64,000 nt of DNA from an uncultured Azospirillum sp. (GTDB lineage Bacteria > Pseudomonadota > Alphaproteobacteria > RF32 > CAG-239): positions 939 to 64,938 of the forward strand of contig UQAB01000007.1 of the NCBI GenBank assembly GCA_900538765.1. The letters are read 5' to 3'. Position numbers and translations under genes: made by a program. Positions 17,079-26,235 of the stretch are shown here, piece after piece. The notes below the pieces were generated by a model that did no database searches, was not told where the DNA came from, and was given only the letters and a program-made list of their open reading frames with translations. The stretch's first letter is position 1; the number at the start of each line of letters is the position of its first letter.

Positions 17079-18070
17079 ATGAATAACATTAAATTTTTAC
17101 TCTTAGGGACTTCTTTGTCCTTTATCCCTCAAACCGTAAATGCTCAGTGTGTTGCTACCCAGGATTGCGCTACTCTTGGATACACCCAAAGTAGCTGCGA
17201 TGGAGGTAAAGGGGTGAAGTGTCCCTTTGGTAACACTTGGGCTTGTTTCCCAAGCGAAGAAGATATTTGTAAAGACAATGGTTTATTGAAACTTGCTCTG
17301 GCGAAGGACAAGTTGGAATAGGCCATCCCTGTGGCAAACTATACTCTTCATGCTCTTGCTCCCCAAATTACCAATACACTTGCTCTGGTACCGGATACAA
17401 AAGCGGCTCGGGGCAAGCTTGTGACGGCAAATACGCCTCCTGTGCCTGTGCCAGCGGTTATGATTGGAAAGATGGCGCTTGTAAACAAAAAGATCGGGAT
17501 TATTCTGCTTGTAAAATTGGAACACTGTTTTATAGTGACAACACTTGTTCAGATAAGATGGAAACAAACAAGAAGTTGCTCGGTGTGGTAATTTACGAAA
17601 AAACATCCGGTGAAAACGGCTGGGTAATGACTGTAAAGAATATAGATCAAAATACCGCATGGTCAACTGAATATATTGAAACTAGTGTTAGAGATAATGC
17701 TGCTAGCGCAAGCTGCAGTAATACGGCAAAATTGGTAGCGCTGGGAGGCAATAAATATCCGGCAGCCCAGTTGGCTGATAAGTACATAGCTGGAGGAAAA
17801 AAATGGTGTTTGCCTGCACATGACATTTTAAATAATATCGCTAATCAGACGAATTTTACCAAAGTTAACAATGGCATCCAAACTGCAGGGGGAACAATTT
17901 TGGGAAACGTGTATAATCGCTATGAAATGGTCTGGTCGTCATCAGAGGTTGATAAAGACAATGCAAGAGGCTTACGAGCTGATGTGCATGGTCATTTGGA
18001 GATGCGTATCAATGGTAAGAATGATCGAGGTGTAGGCGGCAACTCAGTTCGTCCGGTATTTGCTTTTTAA
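17079..18070 (+). pseudogene. Secreted Cys-rich / DUF1566-like protein interrupted by a -1 frameshift (or sequencing error)
   Basis: Frame 0 (17079-17321) encodes a signal peptide plus QCVATQDCATLGYTQSSCDGGKGVKCPFGNTWAC. The frame of the 17558 ORF is open from 17273 and reads FIETCSGEGQVGIGHPCGKLYSSCSC...CACASGYDWKDGAC...LLGVVIYE. One extra T at the T3 run 17282-17284 would join them into ~330 aa. The C-terminus (WCLPA...VWSSSE...VRPVFAF) parallels 54272-55081. Confidence 0.7.
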
Positions 18071-18090
18071 CTTTTTATCCTCCCCTCCCT

Positions 18091-18116
18091 AAAGGCTCGT
18101 TGTTAACGAGCCTTTT
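18091..18116 (+). terminator. Terminator after the DUF1566-like gene
   Basis: AAAGGCTCGT-tgtta-ACGAGCCTTT, then T-rich sequence. Confidence 0.75.
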
Positions 18117-18337
18117 ACTTTTCTGTCTTTCTCCGATAGCGTTATCATGTGTAGACAGTACTTCCTTAGCCGCTAATCAGCCGATAGTTGACTTACCATA
18201 ACAAGCAGAGCTTACCCAAAACATTCATTAATAAAATATTATGAAAATTTTGTTACAATTAAAAATAAAAATAGACAAAATACAAAAATAATGCTATATT
18301 GTCTAATATAGAATAAAAGTTGCCTATGGAGACGGGT

Positions 18338-19918
18338 ATGGAATACGAATTTAAAGAGTTTATGGAAAACGTTTACGGTGATGGTTCTTACGAAAAGCAC
18401 TATGTAAAAGGTCCTGCCGAAGAAAAAGAGCGTTTTGAACGTCAGTATCAGGCTCTGAGAGAAAAGAAAATTAAAGACTTTATGGAAAAGAGCTATGGCG
18501 AAGGTTCGTATGACAAGCATTATGTAAATGGCCCGCAAGAAGAAAAGGACCGTTTCACAATGCAATATGATGCCCTGCAGGATAAAGCTTTTAAAGAATT
18601 TATGGAACAAACCTATGGTGCTGGCGCTTATGAACGGCACTATGTAAACGGTCCGGCAGAGGAAAAAGAGCGTTTTGAACGTCAGTTTTTTGCACTGCAG
18701 AAAAAAGCAGAAAATGAGCAAAACAACGAGAATAATGAAAACAATGAGAATAATGACGTTCATGAGTCGGAAAATGGTGCTCAGGTTCCTGAAGAAAAGC
18801 AGACAGAAACGACGATAAACCAGTCAGAAGAAATTGAAACGCCAGAAGCGGTTAATACGGATAATTCTCATGCCGATGAGCCGGAATGGAAAAAAATGCG
18901 CCGTGAGGCTTGGGAGAAATATGCCGCGGATAATCAACAGGAATTCAAACTCTTATCAGAAGACAAAGCGCCTGATTTGTCCATGTCGGTCGGTGATACG
19001 CCGATTAAATATGCCGATGAACATAATGTTACCATGGGCAATGGCGAATATGCAAAATTCCTGAAAGCCGTTGAGATTGAAAAAAATGCCAAAACCGATG
19101 TCATTAACTTCGGTAAGATTGAAAGCGAGGAATACAAGGCAAAATTAGCGGCAGCCTGTATTCAAATGGGTATGAGAATGAAGAACGGCCCGAAATCCAT
19201 TGACTTATCGCTTGAATGCTTCAAAGATTTGGATGATGCCACAAAGGCTAAAATTGAAGAATATAACAAAAAGCAGGCCGAAAAAGAAAATAATGCCGAA
19301 AAACCAAAAGAAGAAAACAGAGAAGAAAAACCGGCGGAAGAGAATAAATATAAAAAGCTTTTTGATGATAAGGTAAAAGAGTTTTCGGATAAAAAGGAAA
19401 AAGCTAAACAGAAAGCTGAAAAAGAAGGTAAACAGGAAATAGAGGTAAGTTTGGATTTCAGCCAAATTAAAGATCCTGTCGAACGGGTCATTGCTTATGC
19501 TGCTGCTAAAGAGAGCAAGCTGAAAATCGAAAATTTAAGCAATTATGAAAAGTTGGTAGATAGTAAACTTGATGATAAAGCCAAAGCCGAAGTTGCCGCC
19601 GCCCGTGCCGCTTTGCCTGAAAATAGTCAAAATCATCTGAAAGCCCGTGAAACTTGGGAACAGAAGCTGGTAGAGATTAAAGGACGCCTGAAAAATAAAG
19701 AGCAAAAACGCGGACAGTATCATGATAAAGACGGAAATCTTGTCGATTCAAAATTGAGTGTTCATGACCAAGACGGAAAACTGCTGCAAAATGTCGAGCG
19801 CAACAAAGTTGTATACACAACGGAAAAGTTAGAAAATGGTAATATAAAGAAAACATATAAATACGATGATGACAAATTATTTAAACTCCGTCAGCAACAA
19901 GGTCGTGACGGCAAATAA
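18338..19918 (+). CDS. K/E-rich protein with three tandem 40-aa repeats; unknown function
   Basis: Start at ATG 18338 is preferred (GGAG 6 nt upstream; the track starts at TTG 18320). Repeats F/IK(E/D)FME..YG.G.Y(E/D)(K/R)HYV.GP.EEK(E/D)RF..Q..AL span 18350-18709. These are followed by an NENNENNENN tract and a long charged region. No signal peptide or TM. Confidence 0.7.
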   Translation: MEYEFKEFMENVYGDGSYEKHYVKGPAEEKERFERQYQALREKKIKDFMEKSYGEGSYDKHYVNGPQEEKDRFTMQYDALQDKAFKEFMEQTYGAGAYERHYVNGPAEEKERFERQFFALQKKAENEQNNENNENNENNDVHESENGAQVPEEKQTETTINQSEEIETPEAVNTDNSHADEPEWKKMRREAWEKYAADNQQEFKLLSEDKAPDLSMSVGDTPIKYADEHNVTMGNGEYAKFLKAVEIEKNAKTDVINFGKIESEEYKAKLAAACIQMGMRMKNGPKSIDLSLECFKDLDDATKAKIEEYNKKQAEKENNAEKPKEENREEKPAEENKYKKLFDDKVKEFSDKKEKAKQKAEKEGKQEIEVSLDFSQIKDPVERVIAYAAAKESKLKIENLSNYEKLVDSKLDDKAKAEVAAARAALPENSQNHLKARETWEQKLVEIKGRLKNKEQKRGQYHDKDGNLVDSKLSVHDQDGKLLQNVERNKVVYTTEKLENGNIKKTYKYDDDKLFKLRQQQGRDGK

Positions 19919-19930
19919 TTTCCACATTTT

Positions 19931-19955
19931 AAGCCCGGTTTTCCGGGCTTTTTTA
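19931..19955 (+). terminator. Rho-independent terminator
   Basis: AAGCCCGG-ttttc-CCGGGCTT plus T-run. Confidence 0.8.
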
Positions 19956-20059
19956 TAATATTACAGATTTGTTAAATAATATGTTTTATACTCTCTATAT
20001 CTTGAAAATATTGACAAAATAAGGTAAAATAAAGAAAAAGAATAAAGGGAGTTCGGATT

Positions 20060-22351
20060 ATGGCGGAAGAAAATCAAATAGACCTTGAAAATCTGAGCAT
20101 TACAGAGTTGGCACAATTAAGCCAGCACGTTAATTCCGGAAATTTTCCGACATCGCAGCGGCAGAAAGTAGAAGCTTTAGTCTGGCGCAAAATTAAATCC
20201 GTCGCCGACCGTGCCTCAAAACTCGATCCTCAGAACAAAGATGAACTCCAGGCTTTTCAATCAATGTTAGACGGGCTGCCGTTGGCTTACCGTATGGAAA
20301 CGGGTGGTTTGCTGCCAACGGTTAAAAGTGCGGAAACCCGTCTTTATAATGCCAAAAACGGTATCGACGACCGCTCCATGACCGAAAAGGCTAAAGATAA
20401 TCTTAATGAGTTCGGCAATAACCTGCACCAAAAATACAGTGATATGTATGACCGCATGGATGATAAAGTCAATGCCTGGGTCAATACGGCTGGAGAAAAA
20501 ATTGAAGCTTTTGAAAACGGCGTGAAAAACGCTCCGAAAAAAGCCGTGGCAAAATTAAAACACAATGCACAGGTCGGACACCGTTTTATGCGTTTAGCCG
20601 CTAATAAAACGAAAAACCAGAGCAAAAACTGGCTTAAAGCCAAACATCAGGGATACAGCGAATGGTACGACCGTACAGATGACAAGCTCAATGCTTGGGT
20701 TGACAAGGCCGGGCAGAAAATTGAGGCTTTTGAAAACGGTGTGCGCGCAGTTCCGGGAATGATAAAAGACCGTATTGTCGAAGGGTATGAACGAGGTAAG
20801 GAAGCTTATCTCAAAGCTCAGGAAGCGCAGCGTAAACGTGATGAATTAAGACGTCAGCGCCGCAGGGAACAAGTGGCCAAATTAAAGCATAATGCCAAAT
20901 TGGGTTATCGTTTTATGCGTTTAGCCGCTAATAAAACGAAAAACCAGAGTAAAAACTGGATTAAGAACAAAAAGCAAGGTTATGACCGGTGGGCTGACCG
21001 TATGGATGATAAGCTCAATGCCTGGGTCGATAAAGCCGGAAAGAAAATAGAGGCTTTTGAAAAAGGTCTGGATAAAGGGATTGATAACGCTGCGGCAGGG
21101 ATGTCAAAAGCAGTCAAAACCGTAGGAAAAGGGGTTGTCGCTGCCGGAGCTTACGGATTTAAGCAAATGAAACGCGGCTGGCAGAAAATGGGAAATGTCA
21201 TTAACGGTATAAAATTGCCGAGCGTTAAAGGGCGTGCCGGAGAAAAAGGTTCGGCACTTGATTTGGCAAATGGCGATTTGTCAAAATTAAAACCGGAACA
21301 GATTAAAAATGTATATAACGAATTGAAACAACATCGGGATAAACCGCGTGGCGATAAATATGGCGATGCTTATTATAAAATTTCAGCCTATTCAACAGAG
21401 CTGTTGAATGAAATTAAAGCCAAAGGAGCCGGAGCCATTACCGATGATAATGCCGGAAAAGTTGCCGCTTGGTTGGAGGTTAACAAGAATATTCAACAGG
21501 AAGTCAATAAAAATCGCGCTAAGGAAAATGAAGACCGTAATGCCGAAATTGAAGGCTTCCTGAAAAATCGCAAACCCAAAGAAAAAGATGAGAAAAAACA
21601 GGAAAACAAACAAGAACGGACAGAACAGAAACATACCGGACTTGCCGCCGAATATGAAGATTTTGCCAATTCCATGGGCAAAAAGGTTGATGCCGCATTC
21701 CTGCGGGACTGCTGGGAAGGAAAGTATAAAAATGATTTTGAACAGTTTGTTACTGCGCAGCGTGAAAAATACGGTCCTAAAAAACAGCAGGAATCTGCCG
21801 CAAATACCCAGATGCCGGAGCCTCGGACGGCCGAAACGCGAACAGCTGAGGCTGCTGCCAAACCTAAAGATATGTATGAGGGCTTAAACCTCTCGGATGC
21901 CCAGAAAAAGACTATTGACGGCGAGTTCAATCAGCTGAAAGATGTCTATGATAATCCGGACAAATGGAATTTGGCAGATAGCAAAAATAAGGATATTGTC
22001 CTGAATACCTACAAGGAAAGCCTCAAGCAGCAGGGGCTGGACGACAATCAGGTGCGTGAACTTATGTCGCGCCAGCGTGAAAGCGTAAAGGATAATCCGC
22101 AATATCAAGATATGTTCCGCGCTGACAGTGCCAAACGCGATGCTGCGAAAGAAAGGGTCGGTTTGAATGATGCCGAAAATAATACCGGTGTAGATCGCCT
22201 GGCGGAAAAAGCAAGAACCATACAGGAAAAACGCGGTGTTGTTGAACCTAAAAAATCAAAGGTTATTCACATGGATACCAGTCGTCAGCAGCAGGATACA
22301 TCCAAAAAAGACACAAAAATTATTGAGATGTATGGCCGGGAAAGAGCTTAA
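20060..22351 (+). CDS. K/E/N-rich protein with long internal repeats; unknown function
   Basis: 763 aa, SD AAGGGAG. Repeat units begin YSDMYDRMDDKVNAWV (about 20435), YSEWYDRTDDKLNAWV (20654) and YDRWADRMDDKLNAWV (20981). A 51-nt near-identical DNA repeat occurs at 20582-20632 and 20909-20959 (RFMRLAANKTKNQSKNW). Confidence 0.7.
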   Translation: MAEENQIDLENLSITELAQLSQHVNSGNFPTSQRQKVEALVWRKIKSVADRASKLDPQNKDELQAFQSMLDGLPLAYRMETGGLLPTVKSAETRLYNAKNGIDDRSMTEKAKDNLNEFGNNLHQKYSDMYDRMDDKVNAWVNTAGEKIEAFENGVKNAPKKAVAKLKHNAQVGHRFMRLAANKTKNQSKNWLKAKHQGYSEWYDRTDDKLNAWVDKAGQKIEAFENGVRAVPGMIKDRIVEGYERGKEAYLKAQEAQRKRDELRRQRRREQVAKLKHNAKLGYRFMRLAANKTKNQSKNWIKNKKQGYDRWADRMDDKLNAWVDKAGKKIEAFEKGLDKGIDNAAAGMSKAVKTVGKGVVAAGAYGFKQMKRGWQKMGNVINGIKLPSVKGRAGEKGSALDLANGDLSKLKPEQIKNVYNELKQHRDKPRGDKYGDAYYKISAYSTELLNEIKAKGAGAITDDNAGKVAAWLEVNKNIQQEVNKNRAKENEDRNAEIEGFLKNRKPKEKDEKKQENKQERTEQKHTGLAAEYEDFANSMGKKVDAAFLRDCWEGKYKNDFEQFVTAQREKYGPKKQQESAANTQMPEPRTAETRTAEAAAKPKDMYEGLNLSDAQKKTIDGEFNQLKDVYDNPDKWNLADSKNKDIVLNTYKESLKQQGLDDNQVRELMSRQRESVKDNPQYQDMFRADSAKRDAAKERVGLNDAENNTGVDRLAEKARTIQEKRGVVEPKKSKVIHMDTSRQQQDTSKKDTKIIEMYGRERA

Positions 22352-23436
22352 GCCAATTCTTTGCGGATATAGCGCTGTGTCAGGCCAATTCTTGATAAGA
22401 TTTCATAGCTGATTGTTCCGGCATCTCTGGCCATGTCATCCAACGTATAAAAATCAGCCGCCATATATGCCATCGTTCCGTAATCTACATTAGGAATGTC
22501 GGTAACATCGCAAATGATGTTATCCATTGATATCCGACCGATAATTCGCGCTTCGTAAAGTTTTTCGCCTTGAGGAAAGAAAACCTTGCCGACATTGGAC
22601 AGAGAACGGGGAATGCCATCACCATATCCAATTGAAACAATGGCGATTCGCCTGTTGCTGTTTGCCCGGTATGTTGCCGAGTAGCCGACAAAATCTCCTT
22701 TGGGAAGATGAGCTGTCTGCAAAACCGGCGCTTTTACCGTCACAACATTTTTCATCTGGTTTTCCCTATATGGCGCCGTGTTTATTCCATAAAGCGCCGC
22801 GCCAAGGCGAACCATGTCAAACTGAAAATCCTTGCCGAGAAAAGTGCCGTCAGAGGCGGATAAAGAAGCCGGCAGATGAGGAAAATAAACGCTTTTCAGA
22901 CGATTGAAATTATTAAGCTGATGCTCGTTCATAAAATGGTCTTTTTCGTCGCCGCAAGCCAAATGCGACATGACCCAGGAAAACTCGCCTTTGTCGGCGT
23001 CGGAAAGCTGTTGCAGCTCTTCTTCTCTGAAGCCGAGACGATTCAGCCCCGTTTCAATATTAATCATCGGGTGAATGCCGTCAGTGCGGTTTTCCTGCCA
23101 TAAACGCAACATTTTTAAGGAACTTATAACCGGAATGAGATTGGCTTTTTTGAAACTGTCCAAGCCGTCTTCACCGATTCCCTGCAGAACAAAAATATTT
23201 GCCTCCGCAGCCTGCGGGCGGATTTTTTCTCCCTCAATGGCATGAGCGACAAAAAAATTACGACACCCTGCTTCTTGATAAAGCTTTTTGACCACATTTT
23301 CCGCGCCCAGACTGTAGGCCTCGTCTTTAACGACCGCCGCGGCAAGCGCCTGCGGGGCGATTTTATGCAGGGTGTTATAGTTGTCCAGTAAATTATTCCA
23401 GTTAATTTCTAAAACAGGTCTTGTCAAAATGCTCAT
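22348..23436 (-). CDS. alr: Alanine racemase
   Basis: 362 aa. PLP-lysine context AAVVKDEAYSLG and typical length. 4-nt convergent overlap with the 20060 gene. Confidence 0.85.
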   Translation of the reverse strand: MSILTRPVLEINWNNLLDNYNTLHKIAPQALAAAVVKDEAYSLGAENVVKKLYQEAGCRNFFVAHAIEGEKIRPQAAEANIFVLQGIGEDGLDSFKKANLIPVISSLKMLRLWQENRTDGIHPMINIETGLNRLGFREEELQQLSDADKGEFSWVMSHLACGDEKDHFMNEHQLNNFNRLKSVYFPHLPASLSASDGTFLGKDFQFDMVRLGAALYGINTAPYRENQMKNVVTVKAPVLQTAHLPKGDFVGYSATYRANSNRRIAIVSIGYGDGIPRSLSNVGKVFFPQGEKLYEARIIGRISMDNIICDVTDIPNVDYGTMAYMAADFYTLDDMARDAGTISYEILSRIGLTQRYIRKELA

Positions 23437-23481
23437 AACTGCCTAAACTCTTTCAACGAACTACTCAGGGATTTTATTAGC

Positions 23482-24234
23482 ATGAAGTTTATCGACACCC
23501 ACATTCATTTGCAAGACTATAACATAAAATATACAACGGATATTATTGAAACGGCGCAGGCGAAAGGCGTTGAAAAGTTTATCTGCGTCGGAACGTCCCC
23601 GGAGGACTGGGAAAAGGTGGCGGCACAGGCGGAGCGCCGGCCGGAAAAGGTTATCCCTGCCTTTGGGCTGCATCCGTGGCATACAGCCAAAGCGCCGGAA
23701 AACTGGGCTGAAATTCTTGAAGCTTATCTGCAAAAATATCCCGGAGCGCTTGTCGGCGAATGCGGTTTGGACGGTTATAAAAATCAGTCACCGGAACCGC
23801 AGAACGCCATCTTTCAAAAACAGCTGAACTTGGCGGCACAGTATAACCGCCCGGTCTTGATACATGCCGTCAAATGTCAGGATGATTTGGAAAAATATTG
23901 GAAAAAGCTTCCCCCGCGGTGCGTCTTTCATTCTTACAACGGCAAAAGGGAAGTTCTGAAAAAGATATTGGCGTCCGGCGCTTATGTTTCTTTTTCTTTT
24001 TCCGTTTTACAAAACCGGGATTGTGAAGAACTGGTGAAAATGGTGCCGGATGACAAAATTCTCATCGAAACCGACGGACCGTATCAGTCTCCCGTCCCGC
24101 ACACGGAAACCCTGCCGGAACAACTGCCCGAACTGGCATTGATTCTTGCCGGCCTGCGGGAAGAAAGCGAATGCCGGTTTGCCGAACAGACTTACCGTAA
24201 TTCCGAAAGGCTGATAAATGGCCGCGACAGATAG
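23482..24234 (+). CDS. TatD-family metal-dependent hydrolase
   Basis: 250 aa. MKFIDTHIHL opening and ECGLD motif. Confidence 0.85.
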   Translation: MKFIDTHIHLQDYNIKYTTDIIETAQAKGVEKFICVGTSPEDWEKVAAQAERRPEKVIPAFGLHPWHTAKAPENWAEILEAYLQKYPGALVGECGLDGYKNQSPEPQNAIFQKQLNLAAQYNRPVLIHAVKCQDDLEKYWKKLPPRCVFHSYNGKREVLKKILASGAYVSFSFSVLQNRDCEELVKMVPDDKILIETDGPYQSPVPHTETLPEQLPELALILAGLREESECRFAEQTYRNSERLINGRDR

Positions 24235-24976
24235 GTTTATGCGTACCCGGGCTTTACTGGGAGAGGAAAAAATGTCCCGCCTGCAGCAGGCTTCGGTCAT
24301 GATAATCGGTTTGGGCGCGGTTGGCGGCTATGCCCTTGAGGCGCTTGCCCGGGCAGGAATAGGGCATTTGACCTTGGTTGATTTTGATGTCTTTGACGAA
24401 ACCAACATCAATCGTCAGATTTTGGCATTGGATTCGACTGTCGGCCGTCAAAAAACCGCCGTTGCCGCAGAAAGGGTAAAAGACATTAATCCTGATTGCC
24501 GCGTAACGCTCAAAAATATGTTTGTCAACGGCGATACGCTGCCGCAGTTGTTCTGTGAACCGGTTGATTTTGTCGTCGATGCAATAGATGCCCTCAATCC
24601 GAAATGCAATCTGATGGAATATTTGTATACTCGCCGGATTCCGTTCATTTCATCAATGGGTGCGGCCTTAAAGTCTGATACGTCAAAAATATTTTATGGC
24701 AGCCTTAGCCAAACTAAAAACTGCGCTTTGGCCAAGTTTGTCCGTAAACGTTTGAAGCGCCGGAATGTTGATATTTCAAAAATTAACTGCGTTTCGTCAA
24801 CCGAAGTGCCGGACATTCCCGAAACAGCCCTGTTTGAAACGGAAGATGCCGTGACGGAAAATGGACGCATCCGCAAAACTATGGGGTCTTTGCCAACTAT
24901 TACTGCAATTTTTGGGTTAATGATTGCGAATGAGGTCATAAAATTCCTGGCAGAGAAGAAAAACGGAGATGAATAA
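24218..24976 (+). CDS. tcdA: ThiF/MoeB-family enzyme, tRNA threonylcarbamoyladenosine dehydratase-like
   Basis: 252 aa. GLGAVGGYALEALARAGIGHLTLVDFDVFDETNINRQ Rossmann motif. Confidence 0.75.
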   Translation: MAATDRFMRTRALLGEEKMSRLQQASVMIIGLGAVGGYALEALARAGIGHLTLVDFDVFDETNINRQILALDSTVGRQKTAVAAERVKDINPDCRVTLKNMFVNGDTLPQLFCEPVDFVVDAIDALNPKCNLMEYLYTRRIPFISSMGAALKSDTSKIFYGSLSQTKNCALAKFVRKRLKRRNVDISKINCVSSTEVPDIPETALFETEDAVTENGRIRKTMGSLPTITAIFGLMIANEVIKFLAEKKNGDE

Positions 24977-26159
24977 TATGGAAACAGTTCAAAAAACGCT
25001 GCGGTTGCATTTGGCGATTTTCGGCAGAGTCAATGCCGGAAAATCAAGTTTTCTGAATTTGGTTGCCGGCCAGAATATCGCTATAACTTCGGATGTTGCC
25101 GGCACAACTACGGATATTGTCGAAAAAAGTCAGGAACTGATTCCTTTGGGGCCGGTTGTCTGGATGGATACGGCAGGTTTGGGTGATGAAACGCCGCTCG
25201 GCCGGCAGCGGATGGAAAAAAGCCTCAAAGCCTTGGATAAGGCAGATGTTGTCGTGCTCGTCTGCGCCGGAAATAATATCGGAGCGGAAGAACAGGAAAT
25301 TATCGCCATCTGTAAACAACGCCGGCTGCCGATGATTAAAATATTCAACAAAGCGGACATTCTGCCCCATGACGGCGACGGCATTCCGGTCAATTCTCTG
25401 GACCAGGAGAGCCGCGACAAAGTTTTGAATCTTTTTAAGGAAGAACTGTTAAAAAAAACGCCGCCGGGATTTTTTGATACGCCGCCGTTGATAAGTGATT
25501 TAGTGTCACCTCATTCAACGGTAATTCTGGTTATCCCGATTGATGAACAGGCACCAAAGGCAAGACTGCTGCCGTTACAGGTTCATGTTATCCGCGATTG
25601 TCTGGATCATGCCTGTACGGTTCTGTCCGTCAAAGACAGCGAATATGCTGAAGCTTTGGCGGCGTTGAAACAAAAGCCCGGTCTGGTTATTACCGATTCC
25701 AGCGTTGTGGATATGGTTACGGCTCTGACGCCGGAAGATATTCCCTGCACGACTTTTTCAATCCTTTTTGCGCGGATGAAAGGAGATTTGCCTAGGTTTG
25801 CCCAAGGGGCGAAAGCCATCCGCAGCCTACAGGATGGCGATAAGGTGCTTATGGCGGAATCCTGCACGCATCATGCCGCTAAAAATGATATCGGCACAGT
25901 TAAAATTCCCCGGTTGCTGCAAAAGGTTACCGGAAAAAATTTGAATATTTCTCATGTTGCAGGTTGTGATTTTCCCAATGATTTGGCTTCATATCGCTTA
26001 GTAATTCAGTGCGGCGGCTGTATGACAACCCGGCGGGAAATGTTGTCCCGTATCCGAAAATGTGAAAAAGTCGGAGTGGCAATAACCAATTACGGCGTTT
26101 GCATTTCCGAATTGCAGGGCGTGTTAAGCCGCGTTATAAAACCTTTCGGGATTAATTAG
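24969..26159 (+). CDS. hydF: [FeFe]-hydrogenase maturation GTPase HydF
   Basis: 396 aa. P-loop GRVNAGKSS, DTAG, NKAD, and C-terminal cluster ligands ESCTHH...QCGGC. Confidence 0.85.
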   Translation: MNNMETVQKTLRLHLAIFGRVNAGKSSFLNLVAGQNIAITSDVAGTTTDIVEKSQELIPLGPVVWMDTAGLGDETPLGRQRMEKSLKALDKADVVVLVCAGNNIGAEEQEIIAICKQRRLPMIKIFNKADILPHDGDGIPVNSLDQESRDKVLNLFKEELLKKTPPGFFDTPPLISDLVSPHSTVILVIPIDEQAPKARLLPLQVHVIRDCLDHACTVLSVKDSEYAEALAALKQKPGLVITDSSVVDMVTALTPEDIPCTTFSILFARMKGDLPRFAQGAKAIRSLQDGDKVLMAESCTHHAAKNDIGTVKIPRLLQKVTGKNLNISHVAGCDFPNDLASYRLVIQCGGCMTTRREMLSRIRKCEKVGVAITNYGVCISELQGVLSRVIKPFGIN

Positions 26160-26235
26160 ATATTGACTTTTTCCCGGCGAGGAATAAAGTACGTTTTGTC
26201 AAAATATTACTATAACCCTATAATTTTTTTGTATT

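Noticed and set aside
18350-18709. Regularly spaced 120-nt DNA repeats that might be mistaken for a repeat/spacer array.
   Set aside because: They are in-frame coding repeats of one ORF with no unique spacers between them, so this is not a CRISPR array.
18710-18760. The NEQNNENNENNENN-coding tract (AAC GAG AAT AAT GAA AAC AAT GAG AAT AAT) as a possible slipped-strand phase-variation repeat.
   Set aside because: The repeat units are imperfect, with mixed AAC/AAT and GAG/GAA codons, and occur in multiples of three. Slippage would change length rather than frame, and there is no evidence of a switch.
18239-18763. 174-aa minus-strand ORF rich in F, L, I and K, overlapping the start of the 40-aa-repeat gene.
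   Set aside because: It is the antisense shadow of a GAA/AAA-rich coding region. The plus-strand gene has an SD, promoter, terminator and internal protein repeats.
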